A stretch of DNA of 64,000 nt. Source: Eubacteriales bacterium. GTDB taxonomy: Bacteria > Bacillota > Clostridia > Oscillospirales > CAG-382. Location of the stretch: positions 91,670 to 155,669 of the forward strand of contig JAZTZW010000016.1 of the NCBI GenBank assembly GCA_045637685.1. Direction: 5' to 3'. This document shows, piece after piece, positions 55,805-64,000 of this stretch. The notes under the pieces are model-generated. The model was not told the DNA's origin. It saw only the letters and a list, made by a program, of their open reading frames with translations, and did not search any database. Every line of letters begins with the position of its first letter. The first letter of the stretch is position 1. The position numbers were made by a program, and so were the translations under genes.

Positions 55805-58603
55805 ATGGCAAACGGAAAAGAAAATTTAAAAATAAAAACCGTTTCCGGCGCAAACGGCGAGGAGGAGCTTACCTTTTCGCCCGAGGAGATGCAACCCATT
55901 GAGGTCGCGGAAGCATTGGAAAGCGACCTTATAACGGGCAAAACGCCAAAGCAGGTAAAAAAGGCAAGAAGACTGTTCGGGATAAACGAAATTAAAAGCG
56001 AATTCCGCCTTTCCTTCCGCGAAAGCCTTAAAAATCAATGCAAGGGGCTTATTGGCATATTTCTTATGCTTGCCTCGCTTACGATGTATCTCTTCCGACC
56101 CGAAGAGCCGACGTTTCTGGTTATGTCCGCTGTCGTTGCGCTGATAATATTGCTGAACGCCTTTGCGGAATACCGCGCAAGCATCGCTCTGCGCCTGCCC
56201 AAGCGTTATTCCTCGCTTAAAGCAAAGGTTATACGCAACGGCGAAGAGGTAATGCTCGATTCGAGATTGCTTGTCCCCGGCGATTTGGTAATTCTCGAGG
56301 AAGGCACTATGGTCCCCGCCGATTGCAGGCTTGTCGACGATATGAACCTTTGCGTTGTGGAAACGCAGGTCAGCGGGGTAAACGGAAGCGTGGGCAAGGA
56401 CAGCCGCTACGTTGCAAGAAGCGGACCCGAAGCGATTTGCGCCAACACGGTCTATGCGGGAAGCATTGTAACCTCGGGCCATGCGAGCGCGATAGTATGC
56501 CGCACGGGCAAGGAAACTCTGCTTCGCAGAATGCGTGTCGGAAACGATGATTATACCCCCGAAATAATGAAATACGTTCAAAGCCTTTGCCGATTCGTTT
56601 CGGTGGCATCGCTTATTATATGCTTTGCCCTGCTCGCGGTGGGGGTTGCGGCGGGCGCGGATATTACCGATTGGTTTATCGTTTCGCTCGCTATCGGCGC
56701 AAGCTCGCTGTGCGACAGTATGGTTTCGCTGTGCGCTTCGTCGCTCGGCTTTGGCGCAAAGCAGATGGCAGAGGACGGCACGGTAGTAAAAAATTACGGC
56801 TGTATTCAAACGCTTGCAAAAACGAATACGGTTATGTGCGGCAAAAATTTGGCGTTCCCGCCCAAGCGCATAACGCTTACCGGACTTTTCTTCTCGGGCA
56901 GGAATTACGACCGCGAAAAACGCCCCGACGCCGACGCCGAGGAGCTTTTAAAGCTTATGCTCGTCTGCTCGGACGCAAAGAAGACAACCGCCGCCGAAAA
57001 GAAAAAAACGCGCGGTCTGCCCGAATATAAGGGAACACCGCTCGATAATGCGATAGTAGAATATTTCGATGAATGGAACAAGCCGATAGGCGATATACGC
57101 GAGCAGTATATAAGAATGGACGCCGAATATACCCTTTCTGGCGATATTTCGAGAATGCTTGCGTTGCACAACGGCAAAAACACGGTTATCGTGCGCGGCT
57201 CGCCCGAAAACATACTTTCGCGCTGTGTCGGCTATACGCTCGACGGTACCGATTATAAATTAAGCGATTTTACTCGCAAAAAAATACTTTCCGCCGCCGA
57301 GGACTTTGCAAGAACGGCAAGCTTTTTGGTTGCCGTTGCCTGCGGCGAAACCGAAGCCGAAACGCTTCGCGATATAGAAGCCGAGCACAGGCTTATATTC
57401 AAGGGCTTCGTTTCGTTTGCAAGCTCGCTCGACCCCGGTGTTGCCGAAGCGGTTTACCGTTGCGACGGCGCGGGAATAGAAACCGTGCTTAATTCGAATG
57501 ACGCATATTACACCGCTTTGAATTCGGCAAAGAGTGCGGGAATAATAACCGATGAATCGCAAATAATAACGGCAGAACAGCTTCGCTCCTGCTCGCGCGG
57601 GTTACTTATTGCAAACGCGCCCTATTACCGTTTGTTTTTAAATATAGACGATAACGAATGGCACGATATAGTTAAGCTTCGCCGAGAAAGCGGCAGAGTG
57701 ACCGCCGTTACGGCGGAACGCATTAACGAGCTTCCGATAATGAGCGAAAGCGACGTTTCGATAGTACCCGAAAGCTCCTGCGATACGCTTCGTATGACCT
57801 GCGACGCGATGATGCTCGGCACGGGAATAAACCTTATTGCCGATGCGATACTGAATGCAAAAACGATATGCCGCAGAATAGCCTCGGTGCTTTCCTACCT
57901 GCCTGCGGGAATAATAATGATGCTCGTGGCGTCGGTATTTGCCGCCTGCTACGACCAAACGGTTGCGTTCCGCACGCAGGACGTGCTTTTCGGCGGTATA
58001 ATATTTAATATAGCGTTCGCGTTTGCGCTCGCGTTTGAGCCGAGAAGCGTTAAAAACATACGCGACGTTTACCCGTTTACAAGCGCAAAGCCAAGCATAA
58101 ACGATTTTATGTATCCGCTTATGTTCGCTGTCGGCGGCGGAATTATGCTTTTTGTAATTTCAGCCGCTACACAAAGCTATACCTGCACTATGGTATCGCT
58201 TTCGCTAATGCTGTTCCTTTATGCGGGCTCGGTGGGTAACCACGGCGGGGTATTTGCTTCACGGCGATTCGGCAACAGAGTGCTTTACCTCTGCGGTGTG
58301 GGCGCGTTGGCGGTAATCGCTTTGCTTACCTGCACCAAGCTCGGGCATAACGTGTTCGGGTACGGAATACCTACGGCTGCGAAGATAATTGTTGCTTTGG
58401 TGCTCACGGCGGCATATTTCGTTTGCTCGCAGATAGTAAGATATTTCGTTTCGCCCAAGGGCAAAAGCGCAAAGCGCGCAGAAGAGGAAACGCCCGAGGA
58501 AAGCGAAGAAGGCGAAGAAGCCGAAAGCGAAAACGGCACACACGGCGATATTCCCGAAGAGCTCTTCGAGGATTTCGAAGACGAAGAAGAAGAAAACGAA
58601 TAA
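55805..58603 (+). CDS. P-type ATPase homologue with degenerate catalytic motifs (predicted non-catalytic)
   Basis: Cation_ATPase_N-like start and 8-10 TM helices. Where PADARL..DESALTGES is expected: PADCRLVDDMNLCVVETQVSGVNGSV. Where ICSDKTGTLT is expected: VMCGKNLAFPPKRITLT. Where TGDGVNDAPAL is expected: TAERINELPIM. The KGAPE equivalent RGSPE is retained. Acidic C-terminal tail. Confidence 0.7.
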   Translation: MANGKENLKIKTVSGANGEEELTFSPEEMQPIEVAEALESDLITGKTPKQVKKARRLFGINEIKSEFRLSFRESLKNQCKGLIGIFLMLASLTMYLFRPEEPTFLVMSAVVALIILLNAFAEYRASIALRLPKRYSSLKAKVIRNGEEVMLDSRLLVPGDLVILEEGTMVPADCRLVDDMNLCVVETQVSGVNGSVGKDSRYVARSGPEAICANTVYAGSIVTSGHASAIVCRTGKETLLRRMRVGNDDYTPEIMKYVQSLCRFVSVASLIICFALLAVGVAAGADITDWFIVSLAIGASSLCDSMVSLCASSLGFGAKQMAEDGTVVKNYGCIQTLAKTNTVMCGKNLAFPPKRITLTGLFFSGRNYDREKRPDADAEELLKLMLVCSDAKKTTAAEKKKTRGLPEYKGTPLDNAIVEYFDEWNKPIGDIREQYIRMDAEYTLSGDISRMLALHNGKNTVIVRGSPENILSRCVGYTLDGTDYKLSDFTRKKILSAAEDFARTASFLVAVACGETEAETLRDIEAEHRLIFKGFVSFASSLDPGVAEAVYRCDGAGIETVLNSNDAYYTALNSAKSAGIITDESQIITAEQLRSCSRGLLIANAPYYRLFLNIDDNEWHDIVKLRRESGRVTAVTAERINELPIMSESDVSIVPESSCDTLRMTCDAMMLGTGINLIADAILNAKTICRRIASVLSYLPAGIIMMLVASVFAACYDQTVAFRTQDVLFGGIIFNIAFAFALAFEPRSVKNIRDVYPFTSAKPSINDFMYPLMFAVGGGIMLFVISAATQSYTCTMVSLSLMLFLYAGSVGNHGGVFASRRFGNRVLYLCGVGALAVIALLTCTKLGHNVFGYGIPTAAKIIVALVLTAAYFVCSQIVRYFVSPKGKSAKRAEEETPEESEEGEEAESENGTHGDIPEELFEDFEDEEEENE

Positions 58604-58645
58604 AAAAACAAAAATAAAATAATCGCTACGAAAGGAGTAACAAAA

Positions 58646-58840
58646 ATGACAAAGATTACGGCAGATATGCTCGTAGGCGACGTGCTTGACGCACATCCCG
58701 AGCTTGCGAAGTATTTCCTCGAAATCGGTATGCATTGTCTTGGCTGCCCTATGTCGCGCGGGGAAAGCATTAAGGATGCTTGCTCGGCACACGGTCAGGA
58801 CGCAGACGCACTTCTCGAAAAGTTGAACGCGGCACTCTAA
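58646..58840 (+). CDS. DUF1858-domain small protein
   Basis: ITADMLVGDVLDAHPE...GMHCLGCPMSRGESI pattern. GAAAGGAG RBS. Confidence 0.65.
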   Translation: MTKITADMLVGDVLDAHPELAKYFLEIGMHCLGCPMSRGESIKDACSAHGQDADALLEKLNAAL

Positions 58841-58910
58841 AAAATTAAAAAATTTTTACGAAAGGAAAGCGTTGGTCGATAAATAATCGAATTCTCGCGA
58901 ATTTTGCAAT

Positions 58911-59028
58911 ATCGCGGCGAAAAGGCAACAGGCTCGCGGCACGTACATAATTGTAATGTATCGCGGCGAGATGTTAACAGGCTCACGGCACGTACATAAT
59001 TGTAATGTATCGCGGCGAGATGTTAACA
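58911..59028. repeat. 49-bp tandem repeat (about 2.4 copies) upstream of mscL
   Basis: Copies at 58911-58959 and 58960-59008 (about 90% identical), with a partial copy at 59009-59028. Unit: atcgcggcgagatgttaacaggctcacggcacgtacataattgtaatgt. Confidence 0.75.
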
Positions 59029-59034
59029 AGCTTG

Positions 59035-59104
59035 TTGTATCCTTTACCGCGAAACCAAAAAAACGCGTTACGCGCCTTGTATCGACTATCGCGAAACTAA
59101 AAAA
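59035..59104 (+). promoter_or_regulatory. paired TTGTAT...CGCGAAAC[C/T]AAAAA motifs directly abutting the mscL start codon
   Basis: ttgtatcctttaccgcgaaaccaaaaaaacgcgttacgcgccttgtatcgactatcgcgaaactaaaaaaATG. Same module as upstream of ecfT. Confidence 0.4.
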
Positions 59105-59599
59105 ATGGCTAAGAAAGACGGATTTTTTGCAGAGTTTAAAAAGTTTATAACCAGAGGCAATATCCTCGATATGGCAGTCGGTGTTGTAATGGGCGGAGCG
59201 TTCGGTAAAATCGTCACCTCGCTCGTTAACGATATTATAATGCCCGCTGTCGGCGCGCTGTTCGGCGGTCAGTCGGTTTCCGACCTTAAGTACGTGCTCA
59301 AGGAAGCCGTTCCCGCAGTTCTCGATGAAGCGGGCGAGGTTGTTACCGCAGAGGTTCCCGCAGTTACTCTTAATTACGGTCAGTTCATTCAGTACATAGT
59401 AGACTTCCTTATCGTTGCTTTCTGTATGTTCTGCGTTATCAGAATATTTATGAAGATGCGCACCAAGATAGAAAACATGAAGAAGAAAGAAGAAGAGGAA
59501 GCACCTGCAAAGCCCGCAGAGCCTACTGTTGAAGAAAAGACTCTCGCAACCCTTAACGACATTAAGGCGCTCCTCGAAAAGAATTCCAAGAATGACTAA
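59105..59599 (+). CDS. mscL: large-conductance mechanosensitive channel
   Basis: FKKFITRGNILDMAVGVVMGGAFGKIVTSLVNDIIMP aligns with the MscL TM1 region. Confidence 0.85.
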   Translation: MAKKDGFFAEFKKFITRGNILDMAVGVVMGGAFGKIVTSLVNDIIMPAVGALFGGQSVSDLKYVLKEAVPAVLDEAGEVVTAEVPAVTLNYGQFIQYIVDFLIVAFCMFCVIRIFMKMRTKIENMKKKEEEEAPAKPAEPTVEEKTLATLNDIKALLEKNSKND

Positions 59600-60476
59600 A
59601 TACCTTATAGGTATCGACGGCGGCGGCAGTAAAACCGATTTTCTGCTTTGCGATACCGAGCTTAACGAGGTTGCAAGACGAATTGCGCCACGCTCTAACC
59701 CGAACGATATAGGAATAGAGGCCGTTGAAGCACTCGTGCGCGAAAATATTTCGGCGTTGCTTGCAGATAGCGGAATTTCGGGGCAGGATATTTCTGCCGC
59801 GTTTGCGGGGATAGCGGGGCTTACGAGCAGAGATTATGCAAGCCGCGTAACCGCCTTGCTTTCCGATATGCTTCCCAACGCGAAATGCGGCGCGCTGCAC
59901 GACGGGATAAACGTGCTTTACGGCGCGTTCCCTTATGAAGACGGCGTTAGCATTATTTGCGGCACGGGCTCGAGCTGTTTTGTTAAGCGCGGAAACGAAA
60001 TTTTCCGCATAGGCGGCTACGGAAGCTTCGACCTTATCGGCAACGGCTACGAAATAGGCAGAGCGGGCATAGCGCACGCGCTGAAAACCGCCGACGGCAG
60101 AGAAAAAAGAGGCGTTCTTGAAGAGCTTATTGCGGAAAGAGTGGGCAACGATTTTGTTGCCGCACTTGATAAGCTGCTTTTAATGTCGAAGGACGAGCTT
60201 GCAAGCTTTGCGCCGTTGGTGTTCAAGGCCGCCGAAGGGGGCGATTCCGCCGCGATGCAGATAATCGCCGACAATATGAAATATATTGCCTCGCTTATAA
60301 CGCGCGCAGGCGATTATTTCGAAGGCGATTACAACGTTGCGCTTGCGGGCGGTGTGCTAAAAAGCGGCATATCGCAATCGATGCTTAAACGCTTTATCCC
60401 CGAAAGGGCAAAGCTTATAACAAGCGACCGCGCACCCGCGTTCGGCGCGGCGGCAAAGGCAAAATCGCTGCTTTAA
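59592..60476 (+). CDS. BadF/BadG/BcrA/BcrD-type ATPase (N-acetylglucosamine kinase-like)
   Basis: LIGIDGGGSKTDFLL and GTGSSCF ASKHA motifs. The start overlaps the mscL stop (ATGACTAA). Confidence 0.7.
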   Translation: MTKYLIGIDGGGSKTDFLLCDTELNEVARRIAPRSNPNDIGIEAVEALVRENISALLADSGISGQDISAAFAGIAGLTSRDYASRVTALLSDMLPNAKCGALHDGINVLYGAFPYEDGVSIICGTGSSCFVKRGNEIFRIGGYGSFDLIGNGYEIGRAGIAHALKTADGREKRGVLEELIAERVGNDFVAALDKLLLMSKDELASFAPLVFKAAEGGDSAAMQIIADNMKYIASLITRAGDYFEGDYNVALAGGVLKSGISQSMLKRFIPERAKLITSDRAPAFGAAAKAKSLL

Positions 60477-60492
60477 AGTGAATAATTATAGC

Positions 60493-60640
60493 TTTGAGGC
60501 TCCGCCTCAAGCTCCGCATAAGAAGCTTTCTTTTCGAAGGCTTCTTATGTATTTTCAATCAAATAATATTAAAAGCTTTTGAAAAGAGAGTCTGAGAGAA
60601 AACCTTTTTTCAAAAAGCTTTATCTCAATATGCTTCATAA
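60493..60640. repeat. intergenic repeat element, copy B (two hairpins plus the imperfect palindrome aaagcttttgaaaa...ttttcaaaaagcttt)
   Basis: ttgaggctccgcctcaa hairpin, a cataagaagc...gcttcttatg hairpin, then the palindromic core. Ends ...tatctcaatatgcttcat, like copy A (ctctcaatttcat). Confidence 0.55.
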
Positions 60641-60648
60641 ACAAACGA

Positions 60649-60676
60649 AAAGGACTTCCGTTCGGAAGTCCTTCTT
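60649..60676. terminator. bidirectional rho-independent terminator
   Basis: aaggacttccg ttc ggaagtcctt is a perfect stem, with flanking A/T runs. Confidence 0.75.
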
Positions 60677-60679
60677 TTA

Positions 60680-61942
60680 TTAAATGTTGTCGCTTATGCG
60701 CTTTATGTCCGCGCCGACCGAGCGGAGCTTGCCGACCATATCCTCGTATCCGCGCTCGATATGGTAAATATCCTCGATAACGGTGGTGCCTGCCGCAGAA
60801 AGTGCCGCAATAACCATCGCCGCACCTGCACGCAGGTCGACAGCGCGAACGTTTGCGGGACGGAAGGCGGGAATGCCTTCGATGTGAGCATCTCTTCCCT
60901 GCACCGTAATCTTCGCACCCATACGAATAAGCTCGTCGGTGTATTTAAAGCGGAAATCCATAACGCTTTCGGTAAGAACGCTGTGACCCTCCGCAAGGCA
61001 GAGAAGCACGCAGAATTGCGGGTTCATATCCGTGGGGAAGCCGGGGTAAAAATCGGTCTTTACACGTGCCTTTTTAAGAACGCCGTTGCAGGAAACACGA
61101 ACGAAATCGTCGCCCTCTTCAACATCGACGCCCATTTCGACAAGCTTTCTCGTGGTTGCTTCGAGATGTCGGGGGATAACGTTGTTAATGGTAAGGTCGC
61201 CTTTGGTCGCGGCGGCGGCAATCATATAGGTGCCTGCTTCGATCATATCGGGGATTATAGCATAAGTACCGCCGTAAAGTCTTTCGACACCGCGAATCTT
61301 AATAACCTCGGTACCTGCGCCCGAAATGTTCGCGCCGCAGGAGTTAAGGAAGTTTGCAAGGTCAACAATGTGCGGCTCGCGCGCGGCGTTGTCGATAATC
61401 GTCATACCCTCGGCGGTGGCGGCGGCGATCATAATGTTCGCGGTTGCGCCGACCGAAGCAACGTCCATATAAATAGACGCGCCCTGAAGACGAGTTTCGG
61501 TGTAACAGCTTATGCCCGAGGTGCAGTTTACGTTTGCGCCGAGTGCTTCGAAGCCCTTTATATGCTGGTCGATAGGACGCGCGCCGAGGTTACAGCCACC
61601 GGGAAGCGCGGTAAAGGATCTGCCGAATCTTCCCAATTCCGCACCGAGAACGTAATAGGAGCCGCGCATATTGCGGGCAAGGTCGAGCGGAACGCTGTTG
61701 CTGTGAACGGGGCGTGTATCTATGCTGAAGGTATTCTTGCCGAGCTCTTTAATTTCGGCACCCATACGGCGCAAAATTTCAAGCGCGGTCTTAATATCGC
61801 TGACATCGGGAAGATTTTCCAAAACGCAGACATCATTTACCAAAATTGTGGCAAAAATAATAGGGAGCGCGGCATTTTTCATACCACCGATATTTACGCT
61901 GCCTAAAAGAGGTCTGCCTCCCGAAATGCAAAGCTTATCCAT
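60680..61942 (-). CDS. murA: UDP-N-acetylglucosamine 1-carboxyvinyltransferase
   Basis: MDKLCISGG...GSVNIGGMKNAALPIIFA N-terminus. ATG at 61942 with GAAAGGTG RBS. Confidence 0.85.
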   Translation of the reverse strand: MDKLCISGGRPLLGSVNIGGMKNAALPIIFATILVNDVCVLENLPDVSDIKTALEILRRMGAEIKELGKNTFSIDTRPVHSNSVPLDLARNMRGSYYVLGAELGRFGRSFTALPGGCNLGARPIDQHIKGFEALGANVNCTSGISCYTETRLQGASIYMDVASVGATANIMIAAATAEGMTIIDNAAREPHIVDLANFLNSCGANISGAGTEVIKIRGVERLYGGTYAIIPDMIEAGTYMIAAAATKGDLTINNVIPRHLEATTRKLVEMGVDVEEGDDFVRVSCNGVLKKARVKTDFYPGFPTDMNPQFCVLLCLAEGHSVLTESVMDFRFKYTDELIRMGAKITVQGRDAHIEGIPAFRPANVRAVDLRAGAAMVIAALSAAGTTVIEDIYHIERGYEDMVGKLRSVGADIKRISDNI

Positions 61943-62051
61943 ATATCCAAACACCTTTCGGTTTATGTTCAAAGTTATACAAAGTAATGATAACATCATA
62001 AAAACTAAATGTCAAGTGCTTTACATTACAGTTTATGCGATATTTATGTTC

Positions 62052-62080
62052 TTGACAAATTTTTCATAGTAATATAATAT
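62052..62080 (+). promoter_or_regulatory. sigma-A-like promoter (TTGACA, 15-17 nt, TATAAT/TAATAT) for rnj
   Basis: Hexamers read directly at 62052-62057 and 62073-62080. Confidence 0.5.
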
Positions 62081-62139
62081 ATATATAATATGTTCCCAAC
62101 CGTTTTTTAAACAAGCCACACTCTTTGAAAGGATAATAT

Positions 62140-63816
62140 ATGTCTAAAAGCAAAAATCCGAAAGTTAAAATAATATTCCTCGGCGGTGTCGACGGAATCG
62201 GTATGAACTGCACCGCGTTTGAATACGGCAACGATATTATTCTCGTCGATTGCGGCGTTGCTTTTCCCGAGGATGATATGCTCGGCGTAGATTTGGTTAT
62301 ACCCGATTTTGCATATCTCGAAAGCAGGGTCGAAAAGCTTCGCGGTCTGCTTATAACCCACGGACACGAAGACCATATCGGCGCAGTTCCTTATTTTCTT
62401 CAGAAGTTCCCGAACGTGCCGGTTTATGCCGCAAGGCTTACGATAGGCATTTTAGAAGGCAAGCTTGCCGAGCACGGAATAAGAAATTCAAAGCTTTATG
62501 AGGTGCACGCGGGCGATACCGTTAATCTCGGCTGCTTCCAAACCGAATTTATAAAGGTAAACCATTCTATGCCCGATGCCTGCGCGATGTGCATTACCAC
62601 CCCCTGCGGAAGAATATTGCACACCGGCGACTTTAAGGTGGACTATACCCCCGTGGGCGAAAAAATGATCGATCTTCCCCGTATCGCCGAGCTCGGCAGA
62701 AAGGGAATAAAGCTTCTTCTTTCCGACAGCACAAACGCCGAACGCCCCGGCTATACCCCCAGCGAAAGCAGTCTTGCCGAAAGCTTCGACAGAATTTTTA
62801 ATAACGAATCAAGACGTGTTGTTATCGCAACCTTTTCCTCGAACGTGCACCGCGTTCAACAAATAATAAACGCATCCGAAAAATACGGCAGAAAGGTCGC
62901 AATAAGCGGCAGAAGTATGCAAAACTTTGTAAACGCCGCAGTAAGACTCGGATATATGCGCGTGCCCGAGGATATTATGATCGACCTTAACGACGTACGA
63001 AAGCTCCCGCCCGACCGCGTAACGCTTGTAACCACGGGCAGTCAGGGCGAGCCGATGAGCGCGCTTTACCGTATGGCGTTTGGCGAGCATAATCAGGTAA
63101 GCCTCGGCTATAACGACCTTGTAGTGCTTTCTTCGTCGGCAATCCCCGGCAACGAAAAGCTTATAACCAAAATTATTAACGAGCTTTACAAGCGCGGAAC
63201 AGACGTTATTACCTACAGCAACTACGACGTTCACGTTTCGGGCCACGCTTGCCGCGAGGAATTAAAGCTTATTCAGGCATTAACCGCGCCCGAATATTTT
63301 ATACCCGTACACGGCGAATACAAGCACCTTGTTGCACACGCCGACCTTGCCCACGAAATGGGCGTGCACGAAAGCCATATTTTCATACCCGAAATAGGCA
63401 GAGTGTTTGAAATGAGCAAGCGCAGTATTAAACCCGCCGAAACTGTGGAAGCAGGCTCGGTTATGGTCGACGGAAGCCTGCTTGCAGGCGTAAACGGCGT
63501 TGTCCTGCGCGACAGAAAACGTCTTTCCGAGGACGGCGTTATTATCGTTTCGGCAGGTGTCGATCTCGACTGTATGTGCATTTCGATAGACCCCGAGGTA
63601 ATTTCCCGCGGGTTTGTTTACGAAAAGGAAAACGAGGACCTTATCGGCAGAATAACCGAATGCGCGCGCCAATCGCTTATAAGAAGCTTTGCAAAGGGTG
63701 TTGACGATATGGAAATATTGCGATCCCGCTTGCGCGAGGACGTTGCCGAATACGCACGCAAGCGCACAAAGCACCGCCCGATGATAATTACCGTGCTGTT
63801 CGACGTTCAGCTTTAA
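62140..63816 (+). CDS. rnj: ribonuclease J
   Basis: Metallo-beta-lactamase HGHEDH motif, beta-CASP and the RNase J C-terminal domain. N-terminal KIIFLGGVDGIGMNC. Confidence 0.9.
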   Translation: MSKSKNPKVKIIFLGGVDGIGMNCTAFEYGNDIILVDCGVAFPEDDMLGVDLVIPDFAYLESRVEKLRGLLITHGHEDHIGAVPYFLQKFPNVPVYAARLTIGILEGKLAEHGIRNSKLYEVHAGDTVNLGCFQTEFIKVNHSMPDACAMCITTPCGRILHTGDFKVDYTPVGEKMIDLPRIAELGRKGIKLLLSDSTNAERPGYTPSESSLAESFDRIFNNESRRVVIATFSSNVHRVQQIINASEKYGRKVAISGRSMQNFVNAAVRLGYMRVPEDIMIDLNDVRKLPPDRVTLVTTGSQGEPMSALYRMAFGEHNQVSLGYNDLVVLSSSAIPGNEKLITKIINELYKRGTDVITYSNYDVHVSGHACREELKLIQALTAPEYFIPVHGEYKHLVAHADLAHEMGVHESHIFIPEIGRVFEMSKRSIKPAETVEAGSVMVDGSLLAGVNGVVLRDRKRLSEDGVIIVSAGVDLDCMCISIDPEVISRGFVYEKENEDLIGRITECARQSLIRSFAKGVDDMEILRSRLREDVAEYARKRTKHRPMIITVLFDVQL

Positions 63817-63837
63817 AGGAAAAACGCTAAGTATATT

Positions 63838-63872
63838 GAGGGGGAAGCCTTTTGAAAAAAAGCTTCCCCCTC
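63838..63872 (+). terminator. rho-independent terminator after rnj
   Basis: gagggggaagc...gcttccccctc stem with an A-rich loop, followed by a T/C-rich tract. Confidence 0.6.
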
Positions 63873-64000
63873 TTACTCCCCCTTCAAAAACTTTTAAAAA
63901 GAAAAACAATCCCGTATATCGTAAAAGTGATACACAAGAAATTTTTTAATCCAAGAGTTTTTGGGAAAGAGCACGAGAGAACCCTTTTTGCAAAAAGGGT
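63838..64000. repeat. intergenic repeat element, copy C (truncated by the window end)
   Basis: caagaaattttttaatccaagagtttttgggaaagagcacgagagaaccctttttgcaaaaagggt aligns with copy A: caagaaatcaaagattttttaaaatagagcttgggagaaaagctttttgcaaaaagctttt. Confidence 0.5.

Noticed and set aside
58911-59028. 49-bp tandem repeats as a possible CRISPR array
   Set aside because: There are only 2.4 directly abutting copies with no intervening unique spacers, no cas genes in the window, and the unit is not palindromic. It is a simple tandem repeat.

Overview
This 64-kb window looks like chromosomal DNA from a moderately GC-rich Firmicute. Dockerin modules, Flg_new repeats and CotH/LTD proteins point to a cellulosome-bearing member of Clostridia (Oscillospiraceae/Ruminococcus-like). 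TAG is an ordinary stop codon here: the trkA gene (41130..41792) and the CotH gene (14040..17390) both end in TAG. Coding is dense on both strands, and I found no rRNA, tRNA or CRISPR array.

Housekeeping blocks:
- holB-ricT
- coaW
- ruvCAB
- ecfA1-ecfA2-ecfT-truA
- argG-argH, an amino-acid ABC transporter, and argF
- nagA plus a sugar kinase
- trkAH, acpP, murA, RNase J, clpE-like, pgsA and mscL

Accessory-looking content:
- Two dockerin-bearing surface proteins. One is an M23 peptidase with Flg_new repeats and an 81-nt coding tandem repeat.
- A small XRE regulator interrupted by an in-frame TAG.
- A CotH(4xLTD)-VTC-DUF4956 cluster.
- An ASCH / LMW-PTP / HAD / coiled-coil / unknown-protein operon, with a 152-bp structured insert flanked by 46-bp direct repeats that duplicates the ASCH-ptp junction.
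- A 1459-aa protein built from CBM9/DOMON-like repeats.
- A B. subtilis YdjI-YdjG-YdjH-like SPFH / zinc-ribbon / TPM module.
- A P-type ATPase homologue downstream of clpE in which all catalytic motifs (TGES, DKTGT, GDGxNDxP) are degenerate.
- Several short repeat families: a palindromic terminator found twice, a ~100-nt intergenic element found three times, a CGCGAAAC-containing motif upstream of ecfT and mscL, and a 49-bp tandem repeat upstream of mscL.
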